A stretch of DNA of 64,000 nt, taken from positions 13,816 through 77,815 of the forward strand of contig CAYJKV010000005.1 of assembly GCA_964371255.1 (NCBI GenBank), written 5' to 3'. Source of the stretch: an uncultured Candidatus Saccharibacteria bacterium (lineage in GTDB: Bacteria > Patescibacteriota > Andersenbacteria > UBA10190). The position numbers and the translations under genes are program-made. Below, piece by piece: positions 49,007 to 58,768 of the stretch; within the stretch, counting starts at the first letter, position 1; each line of letters opens with the position of its first letter. Under the pieces are notes generated by a model. That model worked only from the letters and a program-made list of their open reading frames with translations, ran no database searches and was not told the DNA's origin.

Positions 49007-51478
49007 TTGATTATGGCTAACAAATCAAACACCGGATCAATTATCGGCCGGGACCTTTCTGAAGAAATCCAACAAAGTTATTTGGATTATGCCATGTCCG
49101 TGATCGTCTCACGCGCTCTGCCTGATGTTAGAGATGGCATGAAACCTGTTGCCCGCCGTATTTTATTCTCGATGTGGCAACAGGGCCTCCGATCCACCGC
49201 TAAATTTCGTAAATCCGCGAATGTCGTCGGTGACGTCTTGGGTAAATATCACCCTCATAGTGATACCGCTGTCTATGATGCCTTGGCTCGTTTAGCCCAG
49301 GACTTCTCTCTCCGCTATGAGCTAATTGAAGGGCAGGGGAACTGGGGAAGCCTGGACGGCGACGCCCCGGCGGCTATGCGTTATACCGAGGCGCGCCTGT
49401 CAAAGGTGGCTGACGAGATGATGATTAATATTGAAAAGGATACGGTTGATTTTACGGACAATTATGACGGTACCAGGCGCGAACCAATTGTTCTGCCCAG
49501 TGCGCTGCCGAATTTCATAATTAACGGCACTCTCGGCATTGCGGTCGGTATGGCCACCACAGTTCCGCCTCATAACCTAACAGAAGTGTGCGATGCTGCA
49601 ATTCACCTGATTGACCACCCCAATGCGACGGTAGAAAATTTGCTTCAATTTGTTAAAGGCCCCGACTTTCCTACTGGTGGCGCTATCTATGACCAACAAG
49701 AGATTATGCGCGCCTATGCTACCGGTAAAGGCAGTATTATTACACGCGCGCTGGCCGATATTGAAGAGGATAAAGGGCAGGCTTTTCGGATTATTGTTCG
49801 TGAAATTCCTTACCTCGTGAATAAGTCTGTCTTGGTCGCAAAAATTGCAGAGAGTGTCAAAACCAAAAAGATCGAGGGTATTCGGGACCTGCGGGATGAG
49901 TCGGATAAGGATGGCGTCCGCATCGTTATTGAATTAAAAAAGGATGCGTATCCGCGCAAAGTCCTTAACCGTTTGTTTGCCATTACAGACCTGCAAAAAA
50001 CTTTCCACGTTAACATGCTTGCCCTGGTGGACCAGGGCCGTCAACCCAAAGTTCTTTCCTTAAAGGAAGTACTTGAAGAACATATCAAGCATCGCCAGGT
50101 CGTTATAACCCGCCGGACCAAGTATGACCTCGATCGTGCTAAGGAACGAGCCCATATTCTCGAGGGCTTGAAAAAGGCGCTGGATCATATCAATGAAATA
50201 ATCTCCACCATTAGGAAAAGCCGCACCAAAGAAACTGCCCATGAGAATCTGCGCAAAAATTTCGTATTGTCCTCCGCGCAGGCCACTGCCATTTTGGAAA
50301 TGCGCTTGCAAACCCTGGCCGGCTTGGAGCGTCAGAAAGTCGAGGATGAATTAGCGGAAAAGAAAAAAATAATTGCCGAACTAGCGGCTATTTTAAAAGA
50401 TCCTAAAAAAGTATTGACGATGATCCGGTCAGATTATAAATCCCTTAAGGAAAACTATGGTGACGAACGGCGGACTCGCGTCTTTAAACAATCCATCAGC
50501 AACTTTTCCCAGGAGGATTTGATACCAGATGATCCGACCGTTATTATCGTCACTCGCGGCGGCTACATTAAACGTTTAGCCACTTCGGCCTATCGCGTCC
50601 AAAATCGCGGCGGCCAAGGAGTCAAAGGGATGGTTACTAAGGAAGAAGACATTGTGGATACTCTGCTGGCCACCACTACACATAAGGACCTCCTCTTCTT
50701 TACTAATCTGGGACGTGTCTTTACGACCAAGGCTTACGAAATACCGGCCACCACCCGAGCGGCTAGGGGACAGGCTTTGCCAAACTTTCTAGACTTATCG
50801 ACCGATGAGAAAGTCACTGCTGTGCAAGCGCTGCCCTCCAAGGACGAAAATGGAGAATATTTAGTCATGGCTACCCGCCAGGGGATTATCAAAAAAACAC
50901 CTCGCGAAGACTTTACGAATATCCGCCGCTCAGGACTCAAGGCCATCACGCTTAAAGACGGCGATACCTTAGAATGGGTCAGCGTCTCGTCAGGTAAGGA
51001 CGATATTTTACTTACCACCGGCGGGGGACAGGCTATTCACTTCTCAGAAAAGGACGTCCGTCCGATGGGCCGCACTGCGGCCGGCGTCCACGGTATGAAA
51101 CTTAAGCACTCTGATACTATAGTTACCATGCACGTCATACCTGCTGGTACAGCCAATAAACCACAGGTTCTGGTTATTACTGAGCAAGGTTATGGTAAGA
51201 GAACTCCACTGGCCAGCTATCGACGGCAACGTCGAGGTGGCAGTGGCATCAAAACTGCGCATATCACGGCTAAGACTGGCCGACTAGTGCAGGCTGCCAT
51301 CATTAATAAACAGAACCTATCAACGTCCGACCTCTTGATTATCTCCGAAAAGGGCCAAGTCATTCGCATCAACGCTGCCACTGTCAGTGAACAAAGTCGC
51401 GCTACTCAGGGTGTTAAAGTTATGAAGCCCACCGCTCAATCTGGCCGCATCGCCACCTTTACTACTTGGACCGACTAA
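49007..51478 (+). CDS. gyrA: DNA gyrase subunit A
   Basis: N-terminal breakage-reunion domain (AMSVIVSRALPDVRDGMKPVARRIL, active-site region ..AMRYTEARL). C-terminal beta-pinwheel with GyrA box QNRGGQGVKG. Confidence 0.9.
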   Translation: MIMANKSNTGSIIGRDLSEEIQQSYLDYAMSVIVSRALPDVRDGMKPVARRILFSMWQQGLRSTAKFRKSANVVGDVLGKYHPHSDTAVYDALARLAQDFSLRYELIEGQGNWGSLDGDAPAAMRYTEARLSKVADEMMINIEKDTVDFTDNYDGTRREPIVLPSALPNFIINGTLGIAVGMATTVPPHNLTEVCDAAIHLIDHPNATVENLLQFVKGPDFPTGGAIYDQQEIMRAYATGKGSIITRALADIEEDKGQAFRIIVREIPYLVNKSVLVAKIAESVKTKKIEGIRDLRDESDKDGVRIVIELKKDAYPRKVLNRLFAITDLQKTFHVNMLALVDQGRQPKVLSLKEVLEEHIKHRQVVITRRTKYDLDRAKERAHILEGLKKALDHINEIISTIRKSRTKETAHENLRKNFVLSSAQATAILEMRLQTLAGLERQKVEDELAEKKKIIAELAAILKDPKKVLTMIRSDYKSLKENYGDERRTRVFKQSISNFSQEDLIPDDPTVIIVTRGGYIKRLATSAYRVQNRGGQGVKGMVTKEEDIVDTLLATTTHKDLLFFTNLGRVFTTKAYEIPATTRAARGQALPNFLDLSTDEKVTAVQALPSKDENGEYLVMATRQGIIKKTPREDFTNIRRSGLKAITLKDGDTLEWVSVSSGKDDILLTTGGGQAIHFSEKDVRPMGRTAAGVHGMKLKHSDTIVTMHVIPAGTANKPQVLVITEQGYGKRTPLASYRRQRRGGSGIKTAHITAKTGRLVQAAIINKQNLSTSDLLIISEKGQVIRINAATVSEQSRATQGVKVMKPTAQSGRIATFTTWTD

Positions 51479-51673
51479 CACCGTCAGACAAGGCATCTCC
51501 AGGAGTAGCCAGGTTTAGCTTCAAATCAGCCTCTGGTCTGGGGACTTGATTGAACATTTAACGTTAGTCTTTTCATTAAGTTTATTTCTCGAACCAGAGC
51601 TTCCTCTCATTTCCAATTTATCTTGCTGTTTGTCGTAGTTGTTAGTGTCAGCCTCGTTTGGTATCTTATAAAC

Positions 51674-52219
51674 ATGGCTCAACCCGAATCGTTCCTTCGT
51701 CCTGATCAGTTTTGGTCTGATCTTGATCTCCGTACAAATCAAACCGTTATCCACCTAGGTTGTGGTCCTGGCTTTTTTCTCTTGCCAGCTGCTCGTATTG
51801 TCGGCAAGCATGGGCAAGTTATCGGTGTCGACATCCGTGAAGACATGCTGCGCGAAACAGAGGGGCAGGCTAGACGTGAAGGCTTGTCAGATATCGTTCA
51901 GACTATTCGATCCGACTTAGAGCAAGGACCTACCAAAAGTATTAAAGCTAATATTGCGGACTGGACCCTCTTAGTAAATATTCTCCCCCAGGCTGATCCC
52001 AAAAAAATACTTCGCGAGGCAAAACGCGTGACCAAAACAGGGGGAATCATTATTATTGTGGAGTGGCTGCTTTCCCAAGCAACAATTGGTCCTCCGGTTG
52101 CAAATCGCATTACCAGAAGCGAAATTTTGTCTATAATTGATGAATTAAAATTAACCTTATACAAAACCTTTAGTCCCAGTTCATATCACTATGGCCTCCT
52201 CATTAAGGTTGAAAATTAG
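51674..52219 (+). CDS. Class I SAM-dependent methyltransferase
   Basis: SAM-binding motif VIHLGCGPGFF. The acidic residue after beta-2 is in VIGVDIRED. Confidence 0.75.
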   Translation: MAQPESFLRPDQFWSDLDLRTNQTVIHLGCGPGFFLLPAARIVGKHGQVIGVDIREDMLRETEGQARREGLSDIVQTIRSDLEQGPTKSIKANIADWTLLVNILPQADPKKILREAKRVTKTGGIIIIVEWLLSQATIGPPVANRITRSEILSIIDELKLTLYKTFSPSSYHYGLLIKVEN

Positions 52220-53510
52220 CGCCTCGATATTAACAGTAATAAGTCTGTTTACCTTAACGGGTGTTAGTTGTAATCCATTTAGCGGTAATGGCGGAAATTC
52301 TAACACTGATACACCCTTAGTAGTTTGGGGTTTGTGGGAAGAAAGTGTTGCGCTAGAGCCTATCATCACCAGTTTTCAGGAAGAAACAGGTGTTAATGTT
52401 GAATATCGCAAAATCGCCTCAGTCGCTGATTACGAAAATGAATTATTATCAGCCATTGCCGAGGATCGTGGTCCGGACATTTTTGTCATTCATCATACCT
52501 GGGTCGAAACCAAGCGGGGTTTAATGAGCCCCGCGGACCCTACTATTATTGACGAGCGTGCCCTGCGCGAAGAATTTGTTGATGTTGTGGCCGATGATCT
52601 AATCCGCGATGGCCATGTCTATGCCTTGCCGACCTCTGTTGATACCTTGGCGCTTTATTACAATAAAGACCTCCTGAGCGCTGCTGGCGTTGCCAGACCG
52701 CCTCGCACCTGGGATGAATTTCTATCCGTTATTGAACGCATCACTCGCGTCAATCGATTAGGTGTGATTGAACAAAGTGCTGCGGCATTAGGTACTGCCG
52801 TCAATATCAGCCGTGCGACTGACATTATTCAGCTGCTCTTTTTGCAAAGCGGCATCTCTTTAACCAATGCTGATAAAAAAATCCAATTATCCAACGACAT
52901 TGGGGTCAACGCCCTCACTTTCTATACCGACTTCGCCAATAAATCAAAAACGGCCTACACCTGGAATTTACAACAAGAACATTCTTTAGATGCCTTTTCC
53001 CAAGGGAAAACAGCGATGATGATAAATTACTCTTATCACATCCCCACCGTCCGGGCGAAGAATCCACGTTTACGATTTGACATTGCGCCCGTTCCTCAAA
53101 TCGTCGACAGTAAAGTCCAAAATTTTGCTTCCTATTGGCCTTACGCAGTCTCAAATAAATCCAGCGCCCCTGATACAGCTTGGCAATTTTTACGCCGTCT
53201 GACTAACACGGATGGTGCGATGGCCATTATTCGTCATCACCAGATTCCGCCTGCCCGACGCGATGGCGTCGCGGCTCTAAGCCGCGATCCAATCTTAGGC
53301 GTCTTTTCCGAACAATCTTTAACTGCCGTCACCTGGCCAAGAGGGGACATTGTGGCCATTGATGCTATCATGAATGCCATGATCGACAATGTTGTTACTG
53401 GTGCCTCAACCATTAACGCCAGCCTTGTCCGCGCCCAGGAGCAAATTAACCTGATTCAACCCACGCCAGCTGTCGAGCCAGCCGACCAGCCACCAGTCGG
53501 CGGTCTGTAG
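52191..53510 (+). CDS. ABC transporter substrate-binding lipoprotein (solute-binding family 1, sugar-type), orphan
   Basis: Lipobox LTGVSC. SBP_bac_1-like sequence. No permease or ATPase adjacent. Confidence 0.7.
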   Translation: MASSLRLKISASILTVISLFTLTGVSCNPFSGNGGNSNTDTPLVVWGLWEESVALEPIITSFQEETGVNVEYRKIASVADYENELLSAIAEDRGPDIFVIHHTWVETKRGLMSPADPTIIDERALREEFVDVVADDLIRDGHVYALPTSVDTLALYYNKDLLSAAGVARPPRTWDEFLSVIERITRVNRLGVIEQSAAALGTAVNISRATDIIQLLFLQSGISLTNADKKIQLSNDIGVNALTFYTDFANKSKTAYTWNLQQEHSLDAFSQGKTAMMINYSYHIPTVRAKNPRLRFDIAPVPQIVDSKVQNFASYWPYAVSNKSSAPDTAWQFLRRLTNTDGAMAIIRHHQIPPARRDGVAALSRDPILGVFSEQSLTAVTWPRGDIVAIDAIMNAMIDNVVTGASTINASLVRAQEQINLIQPTPAVEPADQPPVGGL

Positions 53511-53537
53511 TAATATATCTACCGATTTTGAATTTTA

Positions 53538-53912
53538 ATGTATACTAAGCCCATGTCCATTATCACCCGTTATACCAAGCGATTATCCGTTATTCTGACC
53601 CTTGGGCTATTATTTTTGCCCCTTATCTCCCAGGCTCAGGCTACGCCCGCCAACTTTGAAAATCCCCTAGACCCTGTCAGGGACGTCCGGGTTCTAATTC
53701 AAAACCTAATTATTTGGCTTGTTGGATTATCGGCCCTCATCGCCCTTCTTGCTTTGGTTGTGGGAGGTATGCGTCTGATCGTTGGCGGTTTCGACAATGA
53801 ACAAGAAGCTGCCAAAGCAAAAAGAATTATTACCTGGGCTGTTATCGGCCTGGTTGTGGTAGCTATGGCGGCAGGCATTCTGTCTACACTCAGCGACGTA
53901 CTCGACATTTAA
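53538..53912 (+). CDS. TrbC/VirB2-like (CPR-type) pilin, single domain
   Basis: Signal peptide, then hydrophobic helix-GG-R-hydrophobic-acidic/basic loop-hydrophobic helix: LVVGGMRLIVGGFDNEQEAAKAKRIITWAVIGLVVVAMAAGI. Confidence 0.65.
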   Translation: MYTKPMSIITRYTKRLSVILTLGLLFLPLISQAQATPANFENPLDPVRDVRVLIQNLIIWLVGLSALIALLALVVGGMRLIVGGFDNEQEAAKAKRIITWAVIGLVVVAMAAGILSTLSDVLDI

Positions 53913-53930
53913 TCGATTAGATCATCACTT

Positions 53931-54563
53931 ATGCCTAAATTCCTGCCATCACTTATCATAATCCTGCTCGCTTGCGTCTTTTTAGTCTTACCCGTTCAAA
54001 TTCTTCATGCTCAAACGTCGTGCGACAACCTGTCCGCCTGCATAACCGAGACGTATTCTTGGGCCACCGAGACGGTTAGATTATCTCCATACACCATTAG
54101 TGAATTTCTGACTAACATCATAGTTTTTGTATCTTCCTTTGTTGCCATTGTGACAGCGGTCGTAATTTTGTTCGGTGGTCTCATGTACGTCTTTTCTGCT
54201 GGTGATGAAAGACGTGCCGCGCAAGCCAAAAACATTATTTTATTCGCCATTATTGGGCTAATCATTGCCGTCAATACCAGTATCATCGTCGGACTTATCC
54301 AAGACGTCGCTGGCGACCCTGCTGGTCCTGGTCTTGGGGTTGGGCCGATAATCGAACTGATTGGTCAGATTGGTATTATTATACTTGCTCCACTTGCTTT
54401 GATAGCCACTGGGGCCATCGTTTATGGCGGTTATATGTATATCACCTCGGCTGGTGAAGAAGATCGGGCTCGTCGTGGAAAACAAATAATTATCTACGCT
54501 CTCGTTGGTGTCTTTATTACCTTAATTTCAGCCTTAATAGTTAATGTTGTGATTTCGTTATAG
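53931..54563 (+). CDS. Tandem two-domain TrbC/VirB2-like pilin fusion
   Basis: Two copies of the pilin unit (..ILFGGLMYVFSAGDERRAAQAKNIILFAIIGL.. and ..IVYGGYMYITSAGEEDRARRGKQIIIYALVGV..) joined by a Gly/Pro linker. Confidence 0.65.
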   Translation: MPKFLPSLIIILLACVFLVLPVQILHAQTSCDNLSACITETYSWATETVRLSPYTISEFLTNIIVFVSSFVAIVTAVVILFGGLMYVFSAGDERRAAQAKNIILFAIIGLIIAVNTSIIVGLIQDVAGDPAGPGLGVGPIIELIGQIGIIILAPLALIATGAIVYGGYMYITSAGEEDRARRGKQIIIYALVGVFITLISALIVNVVISL

Positions 54564-54595
54564 CATTAAGCATCCTCACTAAAACTTTTAAGACC

Positions 54596-54985
54596 ATGCC
54601 TTTTAAGAACACCCTGCCCAAGTTACTGCAAACACGCATCTTATTATACGTCGTGTTCGTGTCATCTTTGTTTCCATTATCGACCTACGCCCAAGCTGTC
54701 AGGCCAGTGCCCAACCTGTGGTGTAGTCTGTGGGGAATCCGCTGCGGCGGTGGAGCGCCGCTTAATACTCTGTGGGGCATGCTGTGGTCAGTTGTCACCA
54801 TTGCTTTATCTTTTGTTGCCATTGTTGCTACTGCTTTTTTGGTCTATTATGGCTTTCTTTATGTAATGTCACGCGGCGAAGAGGACAACGCTCGTCGTGC
54901 CAAAGCCGGTATTGTTTATGCGATCCTGGGTATGATTGTTGCCGGTACAGCCGCTTGGCTGGTTAACGCTGTCATTAATATATAA
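54596..54985 (+). CDS. TrbC/VirB2-like pilin variant with a Cys pair in the mature N-terminus
   Basis: LWCSLWGIRCGG, then the pilin unit LVYYGFLYVMSRGEEDNARRAKAGIVYAILGM. Confidence 0.6.
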   Translation: MPFKNTLPKLLQTRILLYVVFVSSLFPLSTYAQAVRPVPNLWCSLWGIRCGGGAPLNTLWGMLWSVVTIALSFVAIVATAFLVYYGFLYVMSRGEEDNARRAKAGIVYAILGMIVAGTAAWLVNAVINI

Positions 54986-54987
54986 TT

Positions 54988-55812
54988 ATGGCCAGTATAG
55001 CAAAATCATTATTCTTTGTTGCCACCATCACTATCTTGGCCCTAAGCGTCTTCCCGGTTATCGCTCAAGTCCAACCAATTATTGCCCCCGATTGTGGTTT
55101 CTTGGGCATGAACTGTACGGGCGGTGAAACTTTTGGCGGCAATTTCGCTCCCTTTATGCTTACTCTCATCAACGTCGCTCTCGGCTTAATTGGTACCATA
55201 TCAACCGCCTTCATTGTTATTGGTGGCTACTTGTATGTCACCTCCACCGGTGACGAGCACAAGGCGGAAAGAGCTAAAAATCAGATTATTTACGCCATTC
55301 TTGGTCTTGTTGTTGCCGGTGGCGCATTTGCGCTAGTCAACACAGTCACTACTGTTACTTCCACTCCGCTCGTGTTTTACCTTGTGCCTTACGTTTTGAT
55401 GGCCTTATCTTTAGTTAGTATTATTGCCGCCATATACCTTGTTTATGCCGGATACTTATACATCACCTCCACCGGTGACGAGGAAAATTCTGCTCGCGCC
55501 AAACGGCAAATAGTCTACGCCATGCTCGGAATGTTTATTGCCAGTTCTGCTCTTGTTATCGTCAATGTTATCGCTAGTCGTGATGCCACGGGTCTAATCG
55601 TTAATATTCGCAGTGTTGTTAACACCCTTTTAACTATTCTGGGCGTCGCGGCGGCTGTGTATATTATTATCGCCGGCGCCATGTATATAACCTCTACTGG
55701 CGACCAAGACAAGTCGGCCAGGGCAAAAATGCAAATCGTCTACGCTCTGATCGGGATTGTTGTTATAATCTTGTCTGCCGTAGCTGTCAATCTCATCGTT
55801 AGGGCGGTCTAG
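54988..55812 (+). CDS. Tandem three-domain TrbC/VirB2-like pilin fusion
   Basis: Three pilin units (..GGYLYVTSTGDEHKAERAKNQIIYAILGL.. ; ..AGYLYITSTGDEENSARAKRQIVYAMLGM.. ; ..AGAMYITSTGDQDKSARAKMQIVYALIGI..). Starts 3 bp after the previous gene. Confidence 0.65.
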   Translation: MASIAKSLFFVATITILALSVFPVIAQVQPIIAPDCGFLGMNCTGGETFGGNFAPFMLTLINVALGLIGTISTAFIVIGGYLYVTSTGDEHKAERAKNQIIYAILGLVVAGGAFALVNTVTTVTSTPLVFYLVPYVLMALSLVSIIAAIYLVYAGYLYITSTGDEENSARAKRQIVYAMLGMFIASSALVIVNVIASRDATGLIVNIRSVVNTLLTILGVAAAVYIIIAGAMYITSTGDQDKSARAKMQIVYALIGIVVIILSAVAVNLIVRAV

Positions 55813-55890
55813 CCTCTCCCTTCCCGCGCCGTCCAAAATCCCTATTATCTAAATTTTATAAATAAGCTATATTAACATCACACCAAGGAG

Positions 55891-56250
55891 GTGAATTTTA
55901 TGAAAATAAAAACTACCCTTTTCGTTTTAGCGTTTCTCATGTTTCTGTTGGTCCCCACTGCATCTTTAGTTGCTAGCGGCCTGACGACAGTGACACCTTT
56001 TGAGGGTACTGCCACAAATAGGGATCCTATCGTGGCCATAACTAACCTGGTTAACGGTTTGCTGGTTGTTGTCGGTATTATCGCGGCTATTTTCGTTGTT
56101 ATTGGTGGTATGCGCTATATCTTCTCGCAAGGCGATGAAGACGCTCAGGTTCAGGCGCGTAACACAATTCTCGCGGCCGTGATAGGTATCGTTGTGGTTA
56201 TTCTATCCGCCGTGGTTGTGAACTTGGTGATCAGGGCTGCTCGAGGATAA
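55891..56250 (+). CDS. TrbC/VirB2-like pilin, single domain
   Basis: AGGAGGTGA ribosome-binding site. Signal peptide. VVIGGMRYIFSQGDEDAQVQARNTILAAVIGIVVV. Confidence 0.7.
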   Translation: MNFMKIKTTLFVLAFLMFLLVPTASLVASGLTTVTPFEGTATNRDPIVAITNLVNGLLVVVGIIAAIFVVIGGMRYIFSQGDEDAQVQARNTILAAVIGIVVVILSAVVVNLVIRAARG

Positions 56251-56548
56251 ACTATTACAATCTAAATCATTGTCTGGGTCGCTGACGGCTTCTGCGGCGA
56301 TTTTTGCTAAGCAAACAAGATATTTACTCAAGCAAACATCCAGTCACGCGCTTAGCGCAATTATTTACCTGCTAATTTAACAGACACCGATGGTCTCGGC
56401 ACAAACGTAGATAACCTACACTGGACTCTGCTGTTTTAACTCATGAAGACTGCCGGCAAAAATTTGCGACTATAGTTTACTCAAGAAAAGTGCTATATTT
56501 TTCATATAATCCACGCCCAGACAGAAGGCGTTATAAATTTTTCAGGAG

Positions 56549-56902
56549 GTGATACAAATGATTTGCAAAAAAACTATACTAACCATCTCGCTCGTGAGTT
56601 TAGTGCTTCCTCTGGTCGTCAGCGCCCAAGGATTCTCGCCTGTCACACCGTTTGCTGGCACTTCTACTGGCACCTTGATTCAGGCCATCACCAACATAGT
56701 TAACGCGTTATTAGCCCTCGCTGCTGTTATCGCTGCTATTTTCGTCATTATTGGCGGAGTTCGTTATGTTACCTCCCAAGGCGACGAGGATGCTTCCGAG
56801 CAGGCTAAAGGCACTGTCCTTTATGCAATAGTCGGCATTATCATAATCGCCCTGTCAGCTGTTATTGTGAACTATATTATTGCCGCTGTCCCAGCGGGAT
56901 AA
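56549..56902 (+). CDS. TrbC/VirB2-like pilin, single domain (close paralog of 60036-60377)
   Basis: AGGAGGTGA ribosome-binding site. QGFSPVTPFAGTSTGTLIQAITNIVNALLALAAVIAAIFVIIGGVRYVTSQGDEDASEQAKG. Confidence 0.7.
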   Translation: MIQMICKKTILTISLVSLVLPLVVSAQGFSPVTPFAGTSTGTLIQAITNIVNALLALAAVIAAIFVIIGGVRYVTSQGDEDASEQAKGTVLYAIVGIIIIALSAVIVNYIIAAVPAG

Positions 56903-57222
56903 TATTCTTTGGTCAGAAAGTAAACAACCAATTTAGCTGTCTCAATTTTCCGGCCATCGCCATCTGTTAGTACGTGATTCGGTGAGTCGCGTACTTTTGT
57001 GTATACACCAGAAAAATACCAGACAAAAAAGAGTCATGGGTTGTCAGGTGGCACCTGGCATTGATTTGCCCTCTCTCAGGAGCATTTCCGCTTTGGTATT
57101 TGGACTTTGTGTCCCCGTGCTTGAAACTTATATGATTGGTTATTAATTGAAAATTGAATCCTTTCTAATTCTAACGCACTGTACTTTGTATCCTTTTTCT
57201 AATTTACTTATAAGTATCACCT

Positions 57223-58416
57223 ATGTGCTCATCTCCCACCCGCGTCCTGATTATCGCTCCCACCCCCTTCTTCGCCGACCGGGGTTGCCATATTCATATC
57301 GCCGAACAAGCCTTGGCGCTGCAGCGCCAAGGGCTTGTCACACTAATGGTCACATATGGTCTCGGCCGGGATGTTGACGGTATTAAAACCATGCGTACAT
57401 GGCGGTTGCCCTGGTATAAACAAGAAGCCATCGGCCCCAGTTGGCATAAGTTCTATCTTGACGTGTTTTTGTTTATTGTAGCCCTTCTAGCCGTCCGGCG
57501 ATTTAAGCCTCAGGTAATCCACGGCCATTTACATGAAGGCTGCCTGATCGCATGGAGCATTAGCCGCCTTTTTAAAATCCCCTTTGTTTTTGATTGCCAG
57601 GGGAGTTTAACAGGGGAATTACTTGTCCATAATTTCATTCTGGCCAAAACCAACTGGTTAAAAGGCTTCTGGTACGCGTTAGAACAAGCCATCGATCATT
57701 TGCCCAATATTATCCTCGCTCAATCAACGGAAATGCGTCGTGAGCTCATTGTGCGTTTTAAGATTGATCCCAGTCGTATTGTGATGGCTTACGACGGTGT
57801 TAATACTCACGTCTTTCACCCCCAACAAAAAGACCCACAACTTCTCCGGGAATTAAAACTGCCTGCCGACCAACCAATTATCGTGTATCTAGGGGGGCTA
57901 AGTCCGCACAAAGGAGTTGATGTATTGCTTAAAGCCTTTCAGGTTGTGTTGCAGACCCACCCTGCTGTTTTCCTGTTGCTTATGGGCTATCCCCACGAAG
58001 CCAACTACCAACAGTTAGCGCAATCGCTTCGGATAAATCATCGCACTCGGATCACGGGCCGTGTCCGCTACCAAGACGCTCCGCGCTATCTTGCCCTTGG
58101 TGACATCGCGGTTGCTCCCAAGCGTACCCAGACTGAAGCCAATGGGAAAATCTATAACTACATGGCCACCGGATTGCCCACTGTTGCTTTTGATACGGTG
58201 GTCAACCGTGACATCTTAGGTGATATCGGCGTTTATACCAATCCATCTGATGATTATCGTGGTCTGGCCCAAGCCCTGAACAAATTATTAAATGATCCGT
58301 CAGCAGCGCGTCTTATTGCCGGTCAAGTACGTACCAAAGCTGTCGCTCGCTATTCGTGGGATCGTGTTGCTGATCGTATAATAGCTGCTTATCAGCGCAT
58401 TCAAGCTCCCTTTTAG
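57223..58416 (+). CDS. Glycosyltransferase family 4 (GT-B, RfaG-like)
   Basis: The C-terminal domain (GGLSPHKGVDVLLKAF ... E...G.P) is GT4-like. Confidence 0.8.
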   Translation: MCSSPTRVLIIAPTPFFADRGCHIHIAEQALALQRQGLVTLMVTYGLGRDVDGIKTMRTWRLPWYKQEAIGPSWHKFYLDVFLFIVALLAVRRFKPQVIHGHLHEGCLIAWSISRLFKIPFVFDCQGSLTGELLVHNFILAKTNWLKGFWYALEQAIDHLPNIILAQSTEMRRELIVRFKIDPSRIVMAYDGVNTHVFHPQQKDPQLLRELKLPADQPIIVYLGGLSPHKGVDVLLKAFQVVLQTHPAVFLLLMGYPHEANYQQLAQSLRINHRTRITGRVRYQDAPRYLALGDIAVAPKRTQTEANGKIYNYMATGLPTVAFDTVVNRDILGDIGVYTNPSDDYRGLAQALNKLLNDPSAARLIAGQVRTKAVARYSWDRVADRIIAAYQRIQAPF

Positions 58417-58615
58417 TTTCTCCACATGTCAAACTGGTAGGGGACATGCCCCTAGTGAGAATGGGCAACCTTAGAAACACAAAAGGAAAAACGGAAAGTG
58501 AAAATCGCTGTGTAAAAAAATACATCGATATAATCCGCATAAACTAAGTAGTAACAGAGTGATAGACATTATAAATACAGACTGGGATCCTCAATTAGCT
58601 AAAAATACCAAGCTA

Positions 58616-58668
58616 TTTTTTGAATTTTTAATTGTTGTTTTTCGTTTTTAGCTTTACGTTTTTCGTTC
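58616..58668. repeat. Conserved T-rich motif, copy B (aattgttgtttttcgtttttagctttacgtttttcg), not next to a tRNA
   Basis: Shares the 14-mers aattgttgtttttc and ctttacgtttttcg with copy C at 63731-63779. Confidence 0.7.
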
Positions 58669-58768
58669 TTTCAGATTTCCTTCAGTTTATCCCTAGGGAA
58701 CCCCATCGGGGGATTTCGGATTTAACTCATTAGTCTTTTAACCCTTCTTACGATATTGTTCTTAATAA

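Noticed and set aside
56277-56305. Weak hairpin plus TTTTT after the pilin gene 55891-56250
   Set aside because: The stem is only about 6 bp with a wobble pair and a 10-nt loop. Too weak to call a terminator.
58681-58768. Possible degraded tRNA after motif copy B
   Set aside because: The sequence (ccctagggaaccccatcgggggatttcgg...) has a short GGGG/CCCC hairpin but no acceptor, D-arm or T-arm consistent with a tRNA.
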